A stretch of 64,000 nucleotides of DNA from Adineta vaga. Lineage: Eukaryota > Animalia > Rotifera. Under the pieces are notes generated by a model. That model was not told the origin of the DNA. It ran no database searches and saw only the letters and a program-made list of their open reading frames with translations. The translations under genes and the position numbers were made by a program. The DNA is taken from contig CP075492.1 in the NCBI GenBank assembly GCA_021613535.1, positions 10,974,001-11,038,000 on the forward strand. The letters are read 5' to 3'. Positions 40,911-57,000 of this stretch are shown here, piece by piece. Within the stretch, counting starts at the first letter, position 1, and every line of letters starts with the position of its first letter.

Positions 40911-42681
40911 TCATGATGAAGAAGTAGAATTTTTCAATGTTAAACCATTGATTTTATTGTCACTCAGCAATGGAGTTGTTGCCGAATTATTATTCAAAAT
41001 GAGGAAACTTGAATTCTTCTTTGGATAAATAGTTTCACTTTGTGTTAAACTTGGTCGATGATCATCGGAATACTTATAGGATGAACCCTGATCTTGAACA
41101 AACGATGGACTTAAATGTTTTTGTCGACTTTTAATTAAAGATAATTGTGCAAATGACATCGTTGATTCTCTTCGATCAACTTTTTGACAACAAAAACCGA
41201 ATATTTGTTTGAATGTATCCCGAAATGCACGTGACATTAAGCAATATAAAATAAAATTAACTGAATTATTAATCAATGCTAATATATCAAAAGTATCTCC
41301 TAGAATTCAAAAATAAAGATCAAGAATTCATTTCTTGTTTTATTGAAAGAAAAAAGGAAAATTTACCTAATTGTTGATAGATCTGATAATAATATTCAGA
41401 ATTTGTTTTGGAAATAAATGATAAAAGTAAAATTGCACCTTGAGGCAATTCAGTAAGAAGAAATAGAGCACAAACAATAACTAACATTAATGTTGTACGA
41501 CGATTTTCTTTTTCTCGTCGTCGTCCACGCATACGTCCTTGATTCGCTGAATTGGATGATGAAGTCGAATGTTTTTGTAATTTTTCTGAATTTTGTAAGG
41601 CATGTCTTAATTGTTGAATTAATAGAAAGCTGAATAAAAGTAATAGTACACACGGAATTAATTTGAATATTACACTATGTAAAACGAAACCAGTATCACG
41701 CAATGAAAAAGTTATACTGAGTTTTGTTCGTTCAAATCGATAAGATTTCGATAGATCAGTGGTATTGGTTTCATTAGCAATAACTTCCACAAGACGATGT
41801 TCGACATATGATGGAATACATAGAACTGTCGAAATGAAAACCACCGTACAAACACCAAATAAAGCACGATCTGGTGTAGAAACATAGGGTGTTAAAGATT
41901 TACAACTCAAAAATACATAACGAAAACCAGCAAGTAGTACCGTTAACCTAAACAAGAAAGGACAATGATTTTATACTGTTCTCATTTGAATTTGAAAAAG
42001 GTTTTTTAGTTGATCAAAGACAAAATCTAATTCTATACAAGTCAAATACAATTTTTTTCTTCAAAATAATATGACCAAATGGTATTGATTGATGTCAAAT
42101 GAAAGTAAATAAATGCATATGTTATATTTAATTCAGTTAAAATGCGTCTCGTTGTCAACAAAAACAATGTATCGTCGATTGAATATAGTCAAAGAAAAAA
42201 TAACCTACCATGTACTGATACAATGTAAAGTTAATGTAACTAACATTTGTATCATATAGAATGTAACTTGATAACGTGATTTAAAATCTGGTTCACTTTT
42301 ACGATCACTTGTTTGTAGACAATAGAAAAGTATGGCTGCCGGTAGAAAAAATAACATTTTGATTAAGTCAGATATTGCCAAAGATGTTAAAATCGTATTT
42401 GTTGATGAACGCATTAATGGACGTGTTAAAACAATAATATTAAATAGATTACATGTTAAACCAAATATACAGACAAAACTTGATATTATTCCATGATAAT
42501 TTCTATAGAGTGTTTTATAAAGAACAAGTGAACTGTTACTATAAATAACATTATCATCAAAATCTTGATGTTCATTGTTCAGAATCGAATGAGTTATATT
42601 GTGAAAGAGTTGTACAGCTAATGTTGAAGTGGAATAAAGATTAGTTTGATTCAATCTATTAAGTTCGAAGGATGATGTCAT
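40911..42681 (-). CDS. Rhodopsin-class neuropeptide GPCR, myosuppressin (DmsR)/myomodulin receptor-like, 3 coding exons
   Basis: YHGIISSFVCIFG...NIIVLTRPLMRSSTNTILTSLAISD, HCISTWLTVLLAGFRY, HSVIFKLIPC, RTTLMLVIVCALFLLTELPQG, INNSVNFILYCLMSRAFR. Confidence 0.85.
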
Positions 42682-45600
42682 AATGTTGTGAAATAGCTCA
42701 GTTGGTAAGGCTAAAAAAACAAGATAAATAATAGGATCTCTCTTCTTCCTTTTTTTTAAATATTTTCTGTATTGCGCTACAGACATTCGTGATTTTCTTC
42801 CCTAATAAATCAAATATATGACGTGATTCCATTCATGTGTGGGTTATTACTATACTCTTTTTTTCTTCCTCCTTTTCCCCCTATCAGTAATGATTATTAT
42901 TTCTGGTCTAACACACAACTTTGACCGATAACAGCAATGTGAACAATAATAGAAAAGAAGTTTTCTTTTGTTTATACGATTTTCTGTTACATTGTTTATC
43001 GTCGACTTAATGTTCTTTGACAGGATCATATTTATAATCTTTATATATATATATATACAAACTGTACAAGAATAATATTACGTTCGGTATACAAGAAAAA
43101 CATTGTAATCTCTCTGGAAAAGAAAAGTTTCTCTTTCTATTATTAATACACGATAAAGATAAAAGTACAGGAAACTGATTTTCTTTTACAAACTATAGAA
43201 ACTGACGTGAAAAACATAGTTACATTAGGAACAATGTTCAAAACAGAAAAAACGACGAGAAAATAATTTCGAGAAAAAAAGAAGAAGAAAAAGAAACCTA
43301 CTCACGATATATACATGTATATATTGATATCTTGGCAATTCAGATAAAATATGTTACTTAGAAAATGTATGGGAGCATTTAACATCTGTTAATTGTTTTT
43401 TTTGACTAACAATGATCCAGAACATGAGATATTATTTTCTGGCTCATTATTACGATATCAAAAATGACAAAGGAATAGAAACTAGAAAGAAAAAGAAGGA
43501 TACGAGTGTCTCTTCAGTTTAGACATATGTCGAATCTAATTAATCATATCGAATAAATACTCACGTTTAAGAAACATTTCTTCCATGAATGAAAGTTAGT
43601 TTTTCAATTCAACTAGATTAATGCTCATTACATATTGTGAATCAACAGAATGAACATTGGTGATTAAATTGAAAATGAATAGAAATAAGAAGCAAAGAAA
43701 ATTTTCATGCGTGTGTATGATAAGAAAATAATTCTTTGTCGTTCGTCATACACTTTCGAGAAAAAAAGAACGAGAGAGAGAGAGAGAGAAACGGTAGTAT
43801 ACCAGAGTGGAGGAGACGCAATTCATAATTATCATTAACATTCAACAAAAATAGTGATTAACAACTATAATTATCTATTAATTGACCTGAACGAAAGTTT
43901 GAAAAAAAAAGATTTCTCGTTCTTTCTATATTTAATAATTTCTCTTGAGATTCATCTTAATAAATTTCAAATAGGGAAAAAAAAGCAGAATATTTTGATC
44001 AAGATTTCTTCGTTAAGTATACGAAAAAAGAATTCGTGTGTTTTATTTATTAGAAAGTGTAAATTATGAATATTTTACATGAAGGAATTTAATGTCGCCT
44101 CGTTCTTGATCGGTGATATTTGAAAGAATACTCAACTGAATGAGAGAAAATTGTAAATGAACTACACATTACCTTGTTGCATGCGATAGGATATACTAAA
44201 AGAATGAATGACACTCCCATTCTTTTCTCTCTCTTTTTTATATTATTTCATTAGAAATAATGCAATCTCCGGCTGTGTCTTCGAACAGATGCACTCTATC
44301 AAAATAAAAGTTATCAATCAACTCTAGAAGTACCTTGCAAATAACGTTTGCTTTGTAGATTTTTTTAAACTTATTATCCAAACAAGATTCCGCATATATT
44401 GTCAACAAAATGAACTGTCATATTGCTCGTTACTTTGATAAATAATTGATCTAAAATGATATAATATTACTTGAACAAAAGGAAGCAAAAAAAAAGAACC
44501 GTATTGAGAAAAAATTTCTCATTATATTTTAAAAGCTTTTCTTCCTTCATTAAAATTAGTAATAGGTAGACATAAAAGATAAAAAGAGCCTCTTTCTTTC
44601 TTTTCTTTTTCTACTTAATGTTTACATACCAATAACAATAAAATTATATTTGAACTATTGAATAATAAAGAAAAAAATACTATTACTACGATGAGTGTAA
44701 TCAAGTTCATTAAGTTTGACTCAGACTCTCATGGGAAAATACGGACATTATCGGATCTAATTTTCAAACAGATTTCTTAACAAGACAAGTAAAATGAATG
44801 AGAAAACTACTGAAATTCATTCTAAGTCGTATCTTGTTCTAATAATCACAATATCTACTATACTTTATTCTTCTATTGATCAACAATAGAGAACATACGT
44901 GATCTCGGATATTTCCGTATATGTTCTAGAAATTCTAGATTTTAATCAAAATTGATTGAATAGAATAGGCAAACAAATGTTCTAGAAACGTGATCGACAA
45001 TATTAGATAGAAAACCTTACAAATTTAGTTTTATTTATCGTAGAAAAATGACACGAACACATGTCATCTAATTTTCAATAGAGAGAAAAAAAAGGAGCAT
45101 CTATTCAAAACTAAAAATATCTTTCATACTTATCAAATTGATTGCGTATGTGAAAGAAAGTTGAACGTGATATATATATATATATATACATGACTTATTC
45201 TGTTCTACTCATGGAAGTATCAAACAACAGAAAAATCACACTTACCTTTTATAAAGTAGTCAATTCGACTTGTAGAGAAACAGTCAAGTAGAAAAACAAT
45301 CAATTACTTTACTATTGTTGTCTATTACACTATTCATTTTCATGATATCTATCTCTACCAATAATAAAAAGTCTAAAAATTAGAGAGTAACATCGAAGAC
45401 TGCGATAAGAATTAATGGAATTTGTTTTTTTCCCGTATTTCCCTCATTGTCTCTTCTATCTCTCTCTCTCTCTCTCGCTTTTTTCTCTTTGACATGTTTG
45501 TTTACTAGCTTTATTCTTCTTTATGATTATCGGCCGATGTTCCCCCTTACCCGAAGTTCAACAATGAAACGATTTATATCTACAATTCTTTCGAACATTT

Positions 45601-47032
45601 CTTGTAAAATGACGAGATACAAGAGAAAAGCATTACATGTCTGTCGTTCAATTGTTTTTCTTTTTTTCTTTTTCTTATCATTATTGATTCTCTTGTCGTT
45701 GATTAATAATAGATATGAACAAATTAACACAATCTAACGGTTAATTATATGATAATAACTGATTATTAAAATAATTATCAATGTAAATATAAATTTTTTC
45801 TAATTAATATTTGAAAAACAGAGAGAAGAAAAGGGATTCTACCTTTTCTGTTTGTTCATTATAATAGTGCGTTTTTCTTCATTAGTATGACCTCGATAGA
45901 AACATCTGTTCAGTCAATTATGTTCAGAAAATGTTTTCACTTTAGCTCAATATTGATTCAACAATTTATGTGTTTAGTTAATCTAACTATATTTTCATAT
46001 TGTCTTCTTTAACATGATTTCTAATTATATACTTCATTAAAACTAACTGTATTGGATGACATTTAAGTCTTGAATTAGGTGAAAAGGATATATGATAATG
46101 TAAAAGAAGAGACCAACTCCTGTGAAATTTCCTTAGATTTCATGTTCATAAAATAGATCTACTGATATGATTATTTATTATTCACAGCACGCTCGTTCGT
46201 TGTCAATATCAATACTTTTTTCAAGTAGTAAATACGCCTACTCAGTCTCTCTTTAGATTAAAAAAAAAGAAGGAAAACTACCTTTGTTGTCAGAATTTTC
46301 ACTGATGAGATTGATTGATCTTTTGATCGATCAGAACAAAAAAAGATTCAATGACGTACATCTGTCGATTCGAAAAGGAAAAGAAGTTTGATCTCGATGA
46401 TAGAATTCAAAACAATTTATATTATGAATAATTTTCTTTTATCTAAATTATTGAATATAACGCAATCGAAGTTTCTCTCGTATTGGTTCCTGAATCTTTA
46501 ATCAAATTGAATGCAAATATGTAAATCCTAAAAATTGTTTATACACTCGAATAAATAACGATATTTATCAATCAAATACATAAAAATACGTCTTGTCGTT
46601 GCAAAATAGCTTTCAAATAGATTCGTGTACGAAAAGTACAAAATAAAATGACCTATTTTTAGGATATATATACATAGAATACAATACTTTACTTACAGAA
46701 TAATCAAAGTAGAGAAAAGATCATTCTATTTTTGCATTGAAAAGAAAAGACAAATATTAATTTCATAAGTCCATTAGTAAATAATTGTTTTCAAAAGGAT
46801 TTCGAGTGTAGAATACGAAATAAAACAATATCGATAAATAATTCTTTTTTTCTGATAATGACTGCACTTAATTTGACATGAATACAGCAATTTTCTATCA
46901 ATGTACTTTCTTATTATCAAATGACGTGGATTAAATTAGTTTTTGACAGAGATAATCATATATCAAATGACACACAATATCTATTTTTACTTAAGAAAGA
47001 ATCTATAATCTTGAAGATGATCAAAATTGAGA

Positions 47033-48169
47033 TTATTTTATATTTTTATTTTCTTTTGATTCAAAATCATTATCTTCAGATACATTTAATGAAAAATATT
47101 CTTGATCTTGTCGTTCTTTTTCAATTGCCATTATACCATAGATAGCACTTCGTTGTTCTTGAACACGTTTCATACGTTTAGTTAATGCAAATGCTTTCAT
47201 ACGTCGTTGTAGTTGTTCAACATCCAATTGTTCTTCATCATTCGTTTGTTTAGTCTCATCAAGAGATAATTTTTGAAGAATAATCGTACGATCACTATCA
47301 TATAAATCTTGACGTTCAGTCTTTGCTGAAATCATCGCTTCTGACGATCCAGTATCAACTGTATCAAGTAATTTATTTATTTGCTCACGTTGTGTCGGTG
47401 AATTATCTCGTTTGAAAATGACTGGTGGTAAATTCGGTAATAATTGAGCATGTCGAATCGCCGTTCTAAAGGTTTCATTATAAAAAACATTCAAGAGAAT
47501 TAACTCGTTGTTTTTTTTTCTTACTTCAATTCTTTACCGGCAGTTCTTAATAAATCTTCAATCGTATTTGCTTCCTGTTCTGGTGACCACCATAAGATTT
47601 CAATACGATTTAGATCAACTGGAACAACAATCTAAAAATATCAATCAAATACATAGAAAAATAAAAGAGGAGTTCCGTGAACAAACATTTGTTAATTGGA
47701 AATTCTTTCCTGCTAATATGTCACCGATTTCACCTGAACCAATACGATCGACAACAAATGCACGTAAGATTTTACTTAAATGTATCGCACGTTTTTGTCC
47801 AATATGATCATACGACGTATGTTTGGCTCGTTTGAGTCCTGATGAATCCGACTATTCTACACATTGAAATGATTTTCTTCGAAGAAATTAACAAAGACTT
47901 ACTGAATGCGAGAAATATTCTGTATAATCAGCAGTACTAAAAAAAAGATCATTCGTTATCATTTCGAAAGATAAGAATATATACCGTTTTTCAATTAAAC
48001 GATTCAGTACTCCTTGATTCTGTCTTTTCATTAATTTTTTTTCACGAATTGCGTTGACTTGAGGATTTTTAATTGATTGAACATCTAATCTTTTGAAATT
48101 ATACGTTCGTTTAAATAGAAATTGAACATTTCTCGTATTTCTTTCTAATTGAAACGATTTCAAAAACAT
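47033..48169 (-). CDS. RBFA: Mitochondrial ribosome-binding factor A, 5 exons
   Basis: Spliced: KRAIHLSKILRAFVVDRIGSGEI...FQLTNIVVPVDLNRIEILWW...IEDLLRTAGKELKTAIRHAQLLPNLPPVIFKRD, matching the RbfA KH-like pattern; basic presequence-like N-terminus. Confidence 0.75.
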
Positions 48170-48305
48170 CTACAAGTAAATTTTATTGAATATATTGCAT
48201 CAAGATTATAATCAATAGATAAAAATAGATGATAAACACTCTACAGCATTGTTAGTTTACAATTTGAACGAAAGCAAGACAAAACAAAAACTACGATTAT
48301 TCAAT

Positions 48306-49215
48306 TCAATTGTCTTCACTATCATCATCGATAGAAGTTCGAATCATCTGTTTAGTATTATCAATGTTCAAATATTTCTGTTTGAGTATTGACCAAATAA
48401 ACATGGATTGAATAAATAAAAAGATGCATATTGATAAAGCTATCCAACCGAATATAGCAGTTAAAAGTAATAGATGTTTGTGTGTAGGTGACCAGATCCA
48501 ATAGGGATCATTCGAAGGAAAATAAAGTATAAAACCAATTGCATAGAACCTAGAAAAAAAACAAAATCTGTGTTGACAAGTTTTGTCAATAATTCTTATC
48601 ATCGTACCAAGCGCCTTGTAGACATGTTCCAGCAATTCTTGCATAAGTTGCTAGAATTTCATGAGGTCGATTATATTCCCAAATACAAGCACCGATACAG
48701 AATAGAATGGAATAAACTAATAATGTATGAACATGTATATCAGTTTCATTTCGTCCATGTAAATGAAAATGAAAAAGAAATCCTTCAATACCATACGCAA
48801 GAATATTTCCAAGAAATTCAATTCCTTTTGGTAATGGATATTTCCGATGAACAAGCACTTCTAATAAAGAAGCTAATGTAAAACCCAAAAACATTGTGAT
48901 ATGTTGAGCATTATTTTCACCAAATATTAACTTTGTTTTATTCGATGTTGTATCATAGATATATGCAAAACCGGTAATTAATTCTCCTAACATTCCAAGA
49001 ATCGAACATATAATTTTAACATAAGATTCAATTGGTTGTTTTGTCGATGATGAACAACATAGACAGGAAAATGTCGTTGTGGAATGATATAAATATGGTT
49101 TTCGTTTTGTTTGATATCGTATATGATAGTGTTTTATTGCAAGACAAAAGCTCCACCATATAGAAAAAAGTATAAAAAATGTACCAGGTACAATATGACC
49201 AAGAAGTGTACCCAT
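48306..49215 (-). CDS. TMEM45: TMEM45 (DUF716) family membrane protein, 2 exons
   Basis: MGTLLGHIVPGTFF, NAQHITMF, EGFLFHFHLHGR, DIHVHTLL, LQGAWFYAIGFILY. Confidence 0.9.
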
Positions 49216-49664
49216 AATGACTAGAATAATTTCTCAGACAATTCGATTAAATTAATTTATTATAAATTTCTGACATAGATTATTGTAAGATTCAGATCAT
49301 TTTGTTATTGATATCAGTTAAGAAGTACAATTATTGTAAATTTCAAAATGTTGCATTCTGTTCTGTCTTTCTCTGCATAATAACAATGTAAAACAGAATA
49401 TATGTACGGATGTTCTGTCTATTTCCTATTAGAAACAGGGATCGAATAGAAAGAAAGAAAAAATAAACAGCAAGAATTATTCCTATTAGTAGAGAAGATA
49501 ACCAAGGCTTTATTTTCGATATAGATGTCGTATATACCATTTCTTCGTTATGTCTGTGAGAAAAAAGTTTTCAAAATGAGATTATGATCTCTTAATTTAT
49601 TCGTGCATGATGTATTTAAAGTTGTTTTTAAATAAAAGAAAGCGAATAAGAATGTAAATGTGAC

Positions 49665-50319
<655 letters not shown>

Positions 50320-52387
50320 ATTGTTGATATATATTATATTTGATCTAGAAACAAAACTTTTATTCTTACATATGCTTTCAAAACAATATTGCTAGAATAA
50401 AAGTAAGAAAATGTATCATACTCTGATTCATCAGAGTGAAATAAATAGATATTTTCTGTCGCAAAATTTTGCATACGTTTTTTTCTACGCTAAAAATAGT
50501 CTGGTATTACACAATCATATGCTAAGATTGTTTTTCATGCAATGTCTATCCTTTACCATAGATCAAGATAATCATAAGGATACGAACTGAGCGATCAAAG
50601 AATATTTTCATTCATAAATTATCCAACTTTTCATAGATATTAAACCAAGTCATTCAATAACAAATCTCTATAAAAGAAAACTGTATAAATACTTCACAAA
50701 ACTTTTTTTCTTCTAATGAGTATATTTATGTATTAAGTAGATGGGTTGTAAGAACAAATATGATTTACGAAAAAAAACACACTTCATTTTGTTTTTGCCT
50801 TGACTTCTTCACATGACTAATGAATGTTCTTTGGAGTCAAGCAGTAATATTATTAACGAAATTCGTTTCGTTTATTATTGTAAAGTCAATGTTGTTGTTT
50901 TTCTTTTCAAGTCATCGTTTTCATTCTTTCATAGTACTTGAAATTCGATTCTTTAACATAAGCGTTTCTCTCTCTCTCCCTTTTTTTTGTTTAGAGATGA
51001 GAGATACAATTTCTGAAGTGTTGACATATATCCATCAAAGTATATTATTGCAATCATAGCATACAAAATATGCCATTTGATCTGAGTCTTTGTTCAACAC
51101 ATTTTATCTGTCTCGAAAAATTCAATTGCATCATCAAGATACTATAGACATTTTGACACTACTAAATCAACGAATAAATAGTTCATTTGCTTTCAGTCTT
51201 GCCTATTGACACGCTCGTTAAAAGTTCAATAAAAAAAAACAGAAAAACTCTATTATCATTGACCAAAGTAAGTGCCTATAGACAAATTTTAAAGCAAAAA
51301 GAAAAAGACAGTGATACTATATACGATAATCGATTGAGACAAAAACAAGCTACCAGCTGTATTGAAACTCCTTTATTCATCTCTTTTGCTCTCTGTCTCT
51401 CTTCTCTCTTTCTTTTCAATCGATAAGTAGCACCGTTCATTTTCTATCGTTCTTCTATTCACAATGTTTGTCAATTGATTCATTTAATTTGAATAAGCAA
51501 TCGACGAAAAAGAAAAAGGAAATTGTATATATATGTCAACAATCATCATCATCATTTGTAGTCGACTAGTGTATTGAATAGAACATCGCGATAATCAAAT
51601 AGGTAAGAACTATCTTTATACAAATATGAGACATTACGAATTTGTAAGAGAAATAGATAATCAAGATATTAACATTGCCAAATTTGATCATTTTTCCACG
51701 TGTCACCGTTGTTAAGGAAAATACTACACATATTCTTATGCTTTCATTTCGTTTATGGTATGACTCGAGAGTAAGATTTGTTATCTTAATCGTTTAAATC
51801 ATTATATAGAGCGAAAAAAGTAAATACCATCAAATATACGATTTTGATATACTATTCTGTCATTACATTTGGAAGACTTTCAAGAGAAAAAGATCGTTTG
51901 TCTTTACATAAAAGAATTTGATCGTCATTGACTTTGATTTGTAGGCCATTGTTAAAATAACAAAATGTATGCTTTTTTAGTAAATATTTTCATATAGAAA
52001 AAAAAAGTAGAAAGAGTTGCGTTTTTTGCTAATCAAAGTATTTAACAAGTTTCTGCGTATTTCTATATAGAAAAGAAGAAAATATTGGTTCTAAATGATT
52101 GTTATTAAACAAAACGATTTAAGTTAATTATTATCTTTGATAAAGAATGTTTTACAACGGTCAATCATCACCGGGCAATAAATGGTCTTCAACAGTACAA
52201 TATTCAAATTATCAACCTGATCGGGTAACAAATGAAAAGATCTTTACTATTTTATTGTATTTGATTAGTATAAATAACATATTTATTCGAAAGGATATAA
52301 AAAAAAGGACAGTTTAATTCAAAGTTTTCTTTTGCGTTGAAAATTAACTACAAAAAATAAACGACTGAGCATCACTTTTTTTAAAAT

Positions 52388-53839
52388 ATGAAATTCCATT
52401 TTCCTATTTGGTTCTATTTTAAGCGATTGAAACTGCTTTGGTTACTTATTTTGGCCATTATTACACTTATCTTAAGTGTTGCAGCTTTAATTATTGTTTT
52501 TGCGGTTGAACATTCCTGGTTTTCGGATAGTTATAATAAAACAACAAATTTTTACGGTCTATGGCGTTTATGTATCAATACAACTCAAACGTGTGATAGT
52601 TGGTTTTCATCCAATGGACCACATAGTGTCTATATTGACGATCGTCATAATCGAGATAGAGGTAAGAAATAAAATGAAATATATAGAATTTATTTCGTGT
52701 GCTTTTCCTAGTTGGTATCAATGCATGGCAAGCATTAGAAATTGTCTTTTTATTTTTAATAACATCAACATTAATTATTACTTTGATTTCGATTATATTC
52801 TATCGATTACGAAGCAACATTCATTATTATTTAGCTATTTTAGCTGGGTTTGTTATATGGCCAGCAGGTAAGAACTAAAGTATAAATCATAATATTTTAT
52901 ATTTTTTTTCTTCTTCATAATAGTAATGGTTGGTATCGCCGCATTATTTGTATTTGGATTCTCTGTTTATAATGTCTCACCAGCACCACATGCACTTGAT
53001 TGGTGTTTTTATGTTAATCTTGTTGCAGTTATACTTTCAATCTTTGGTGCTATTCTTTTAACAGTCTATGATATTCTTATGAAAAAACCAATAAAGTATG
53101 TTGTTTTTCTTGTATTTCTATACTTAAATTTTATGAACAATGTTTTCAAAGAATGGATCTAAATACAAGTGTTCCAGATACATTTACGGATTATAATAGT
53201 TATCCACCGCAATCAAATTCACCAACATATGTCGTTGTTCGACGAAATAAAAAACATAAAAAAATAAAAGAATCTTATGATTACCCACAAGTTCTTCATC
53301 CACAGCAGTATCTTCCACCAGCAACAACAATTAATACGAATACGGATTATATAACAAATCCAAATCATCGTATGCTAACGACTCCCTATACAACAGCAAT
53401 AAATAATCAACCAGTACCTCCTCCTCCTATTCCACAACATCCATCATTGAATGCTTATCGAAGTGCTAATTTACTCGCGTCACCTTCAACAATCTCAGTT
53501 CCACGACAAACACAGTTTTATCAATCATCAATACCAACCTATCCTTTTCAACCAGCACATTGGCATCGAACAGGAGACACAGCAAATGATTATATTCAAC
53601 GAGGAATTTATCGACCAGCTCGATTAAATCCACCTGAACGTTCCTTCGAACAAAGAGAAGAACCAGCACGTGTATTACATTATTATACAGGTTATGATCA
53701 TTTTTCAGCTGTTGATTCAACTGATCCTATGTATGCGCGAAATTATCCCTTACCATCAGCAAGACCAATTTCACCGATACGTTATCCTGTTAATCCTCCA
53801 TATTATCATCAAAATAATTACATCAAAAGTGCATTGTAA
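52388..53839 (+). CDS. Claudin/PMP22/EMP-type tetraspan protein with long Pro/Tyr-rich tail
   Basis: W...GLWRLC...C signature in first loop, four hydrophobic segments over 4 exons, C-terminal KSAL (class I PDZ-type). Confidence 0.8.
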
Positions 53840-54023
53840 ATCAATTAGTTGGAAAACAAACATGTGTGCATTTGTTGTTTGTAACAATGGCAATATACAC
53901 TGCTTATGTTCTCAAGTGTGAATAGTTTTTTTCTTTCGTCTCTAGTATAAATACAAATTTCTTATTACAATAAATATTTGAAAATACATGTATGAGATAC
54001 GTATAGAAGTCCAACAGTTATCA

Positions 54024-57000
54024 TTAACTTTCAAGTAATTTTCTTTTTATTTCATCAAAATCAGATTGAAGAGATGTCGTTAGTTTTCGTAATTCATGGT
54101 GCACACGTGCATTTGAACGTTCGAAAACATCGCGTAATTCATCGACTTTATGCATTAAACGACTATACTCATTTTCTTGTAATAAAGGTTCGCCAGCACG
54201 ATCAATATGATGTCGATAATATCCCACTTGACATGTAACACGTTCTTTTGTCGTATGACATTTACCACTACGATTTGATGCTGTTCGTGTATTACTTTCG
54301 ATTGTACGTGGTATATCAATTTGTATGTCACGTAATTCTAATTTCCATATATGATATTTTTTAAGACTATGCCTTTGAAAATGTGGTAAATATGAACGTT
54401 TCGATAATTGAAGTACTAATTGTGAACATGCTTCACAGAAAACACCGAATTTCGATTGTAGACCAAGACATGTTTCAATACGAGCACGTAAATGTTCACG
54501 TTTAGCATTCAAACGAAAACTTTTTACATCCGATACAGCTAAACCAACCTTTATAAAACAGACATCAAGAATATATCGATTGAAATCTTTTGAATAAACT
54601 CACCATAATATTCATAATCACAATATTCATTGTAAATACAAATATTGAGAAAAGTACCATTGCTGCTTGACTACCTTGTAGAACTTTTCCATTTGGAAAA
54701 AATAAATCATCAAAATCATATTCTCCTGTAAGCATGGCTAATGTCTTCGGTATTGAGTATGAAAGATATGTAAATTGTGGTCTTTTATGTATAAATAACA
54801 TATGAAATGCAATGATATATCCAATCCATATAAATACATAGATAAGACAAAATTTCAAGAAAGTCAAAAAAACATTCACAAATAAAAGACCATATTTTCC
54901 AATTTTCATAGAATTCATTAAAACAAATAATAACAATGTCCAAACACTTGTAATACCCAATGCACCACTTTCCCATTGCCATTTACAACGAAGGCCTGTA
55001 CTTTGTGAACAAGAATTTAGATCAATTGAAAATAAAACTCCACATATGTATGCAAATACTTCCAGAAAATTAATAAATATATCACGAAAATACTTTTCAC
55101 GTTGATTAATCAGTTGAAAAAGTTCTTTCAAAAGAGCAATACATGAACATAATAATAATAAATATCTTAAACAAACTAAAAGTCAATTTGAGATTATGAG
55201 AACAAAAAAATACAAAGTTATTCGAAATCTTACGAAGCAATAGATTTCCTGGCAAACGATCATGAATATCATTTGTTAAATTTTGACATAATTGTATACA
55301 AGTATAATTCGATGTATCATAGTAAGAACGAGGTGGTGTCGGTGATGCTAATGCAACACCAGTGTAAAGAAAGACGAATGCTATTTGTGCACATAAGATT
55401 AATAGATATAGAAAATTTCCAAATAATTGAAATTTTAAATCAACACAAATTTTCACAACATCGTGATCATAAACTGGAGCATGATTTGCTTCAACAATTA
55501 ATGATAATGGATGTTGTTTAAGCCAATTAGATGGTATAAATCGTTTTGAATGACCATATATGCAATGATTATAAGCTGGTCGAGCTCGTAAACAATCATC
55601 AATAACAGATAGATCAATACCATCTTCACCAACAAATTGTTCAAGTAATAAAGGTACTAATGGAATCATTTCTGACTATAAAATATTTTTTTAAAAGTAA
55701 GGACAAATCTTTCATTCTCTTACTTACCATCGTTAACATTCGTTGTATGGGAGTTTGATTGTATGTTGAACCGGAATAGGGAACATTATAATGCTTTAAA
55801 AAATATTTATATGCACTGCACAGTTCACGTTCTTCATTCGGTATTCGTACACTAATAAATATACGTACGAAATCAGGTTTTTTCAATGCTATCGAATATT
55901 CTAATACATTATAAATTCGACCATTTGCATTGATTTTAATTTGAATTATTGCCGCAAAACGTTTCATATTGGAAACAAAATAGGATGCTATATCTAATTG
56001 ATCTTTATCGATTGTTGTTTTTAATGAATCCGCATTAATGAAATCGCTAATCTCAACATTACGATGTAACCATTTACTACTTAGAATATATTTGACACAT
56101 TTTAAAGAGCCTTTTTCAATTGCAATAACAAATGGTGTTTTATTGTTAGCATTTTTCTCTATAAGACGTTGTAACGCCTAAGAAAAAGAATATAGATAGT
56201 TATGTAAAACAAGAATACTGTTGTTTGTTGTTACGTACTGTTATTCGTGCAGCACTTGAACTAAGTCTTTTCAATAATGAAATTGCTCGACTTAGAACAA
56301 CATCATTACATTGCTCAGTCGCATAATGAAATGAACTCGAGCCAATATTATCTTTACATGTTAATGATAAAGGATCTTGCTCCATTAATAATGTTGCTGT
56401 TGATGTTGCACCAGCTTCAATTGCACAAAGTAACGGTATTTGTCCACGATCATTCAATAATGTATTGATATGGGATGTTTCATTGATCAATACACGCATG
56501 ATTTCTTCATGACCAAGTTTTGCAGCTAGATGTAATAATGTTTGTCCTTGATTTTCACTTAAATCACTGCTTTCATCTCGTCTAGAAAGATTAGTATGTT
56601 CTGGAGTATTTGAACCAGTTAATCCAAATGGTAATTCAACAATTGGAGCTGAGACAATTGCTGCAACTGTTGATTGTGGTAATTCATCTTCTCTAATTCG
56701 AGGAAGTGGTTCTTGATATTTTGGACGTCGACGTTGAATTATTGTTGAACGATAGCTAAAATGTTGATCTTCATCATCATAATCGGAGAAATTATCGACA
56801 ATTAACTGTGGTGGATTGATACGCATTGATAATTTATTATCACTTGGAAATTTAGTTTGTTCATGTGATGGACTCGTTGGTTCTGATGAAAAATCGCTTG
56901 TTTCTCGAGCCGATTTAGCACTTAAAGATATTCCTAATGGTTTGTGTGCTTGTGATGACTTGGGCGGAATAATAAATACTTGAGTAGGCATTTGAATCTA

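Noticed and set aside
44717-44922. Imperfect inverted repeat (atacgga...gatc) resembling MITE ends
   Set aside because: Short, gapped match with no clear target-site duplication
47465-47545. Apparent non-canonical (ATG) acceptor in RBFA
   Set aside because: A canonical phase-2 pair (GTAAG donor ~47525, TTTAG acceptor ~47466) restores the frame
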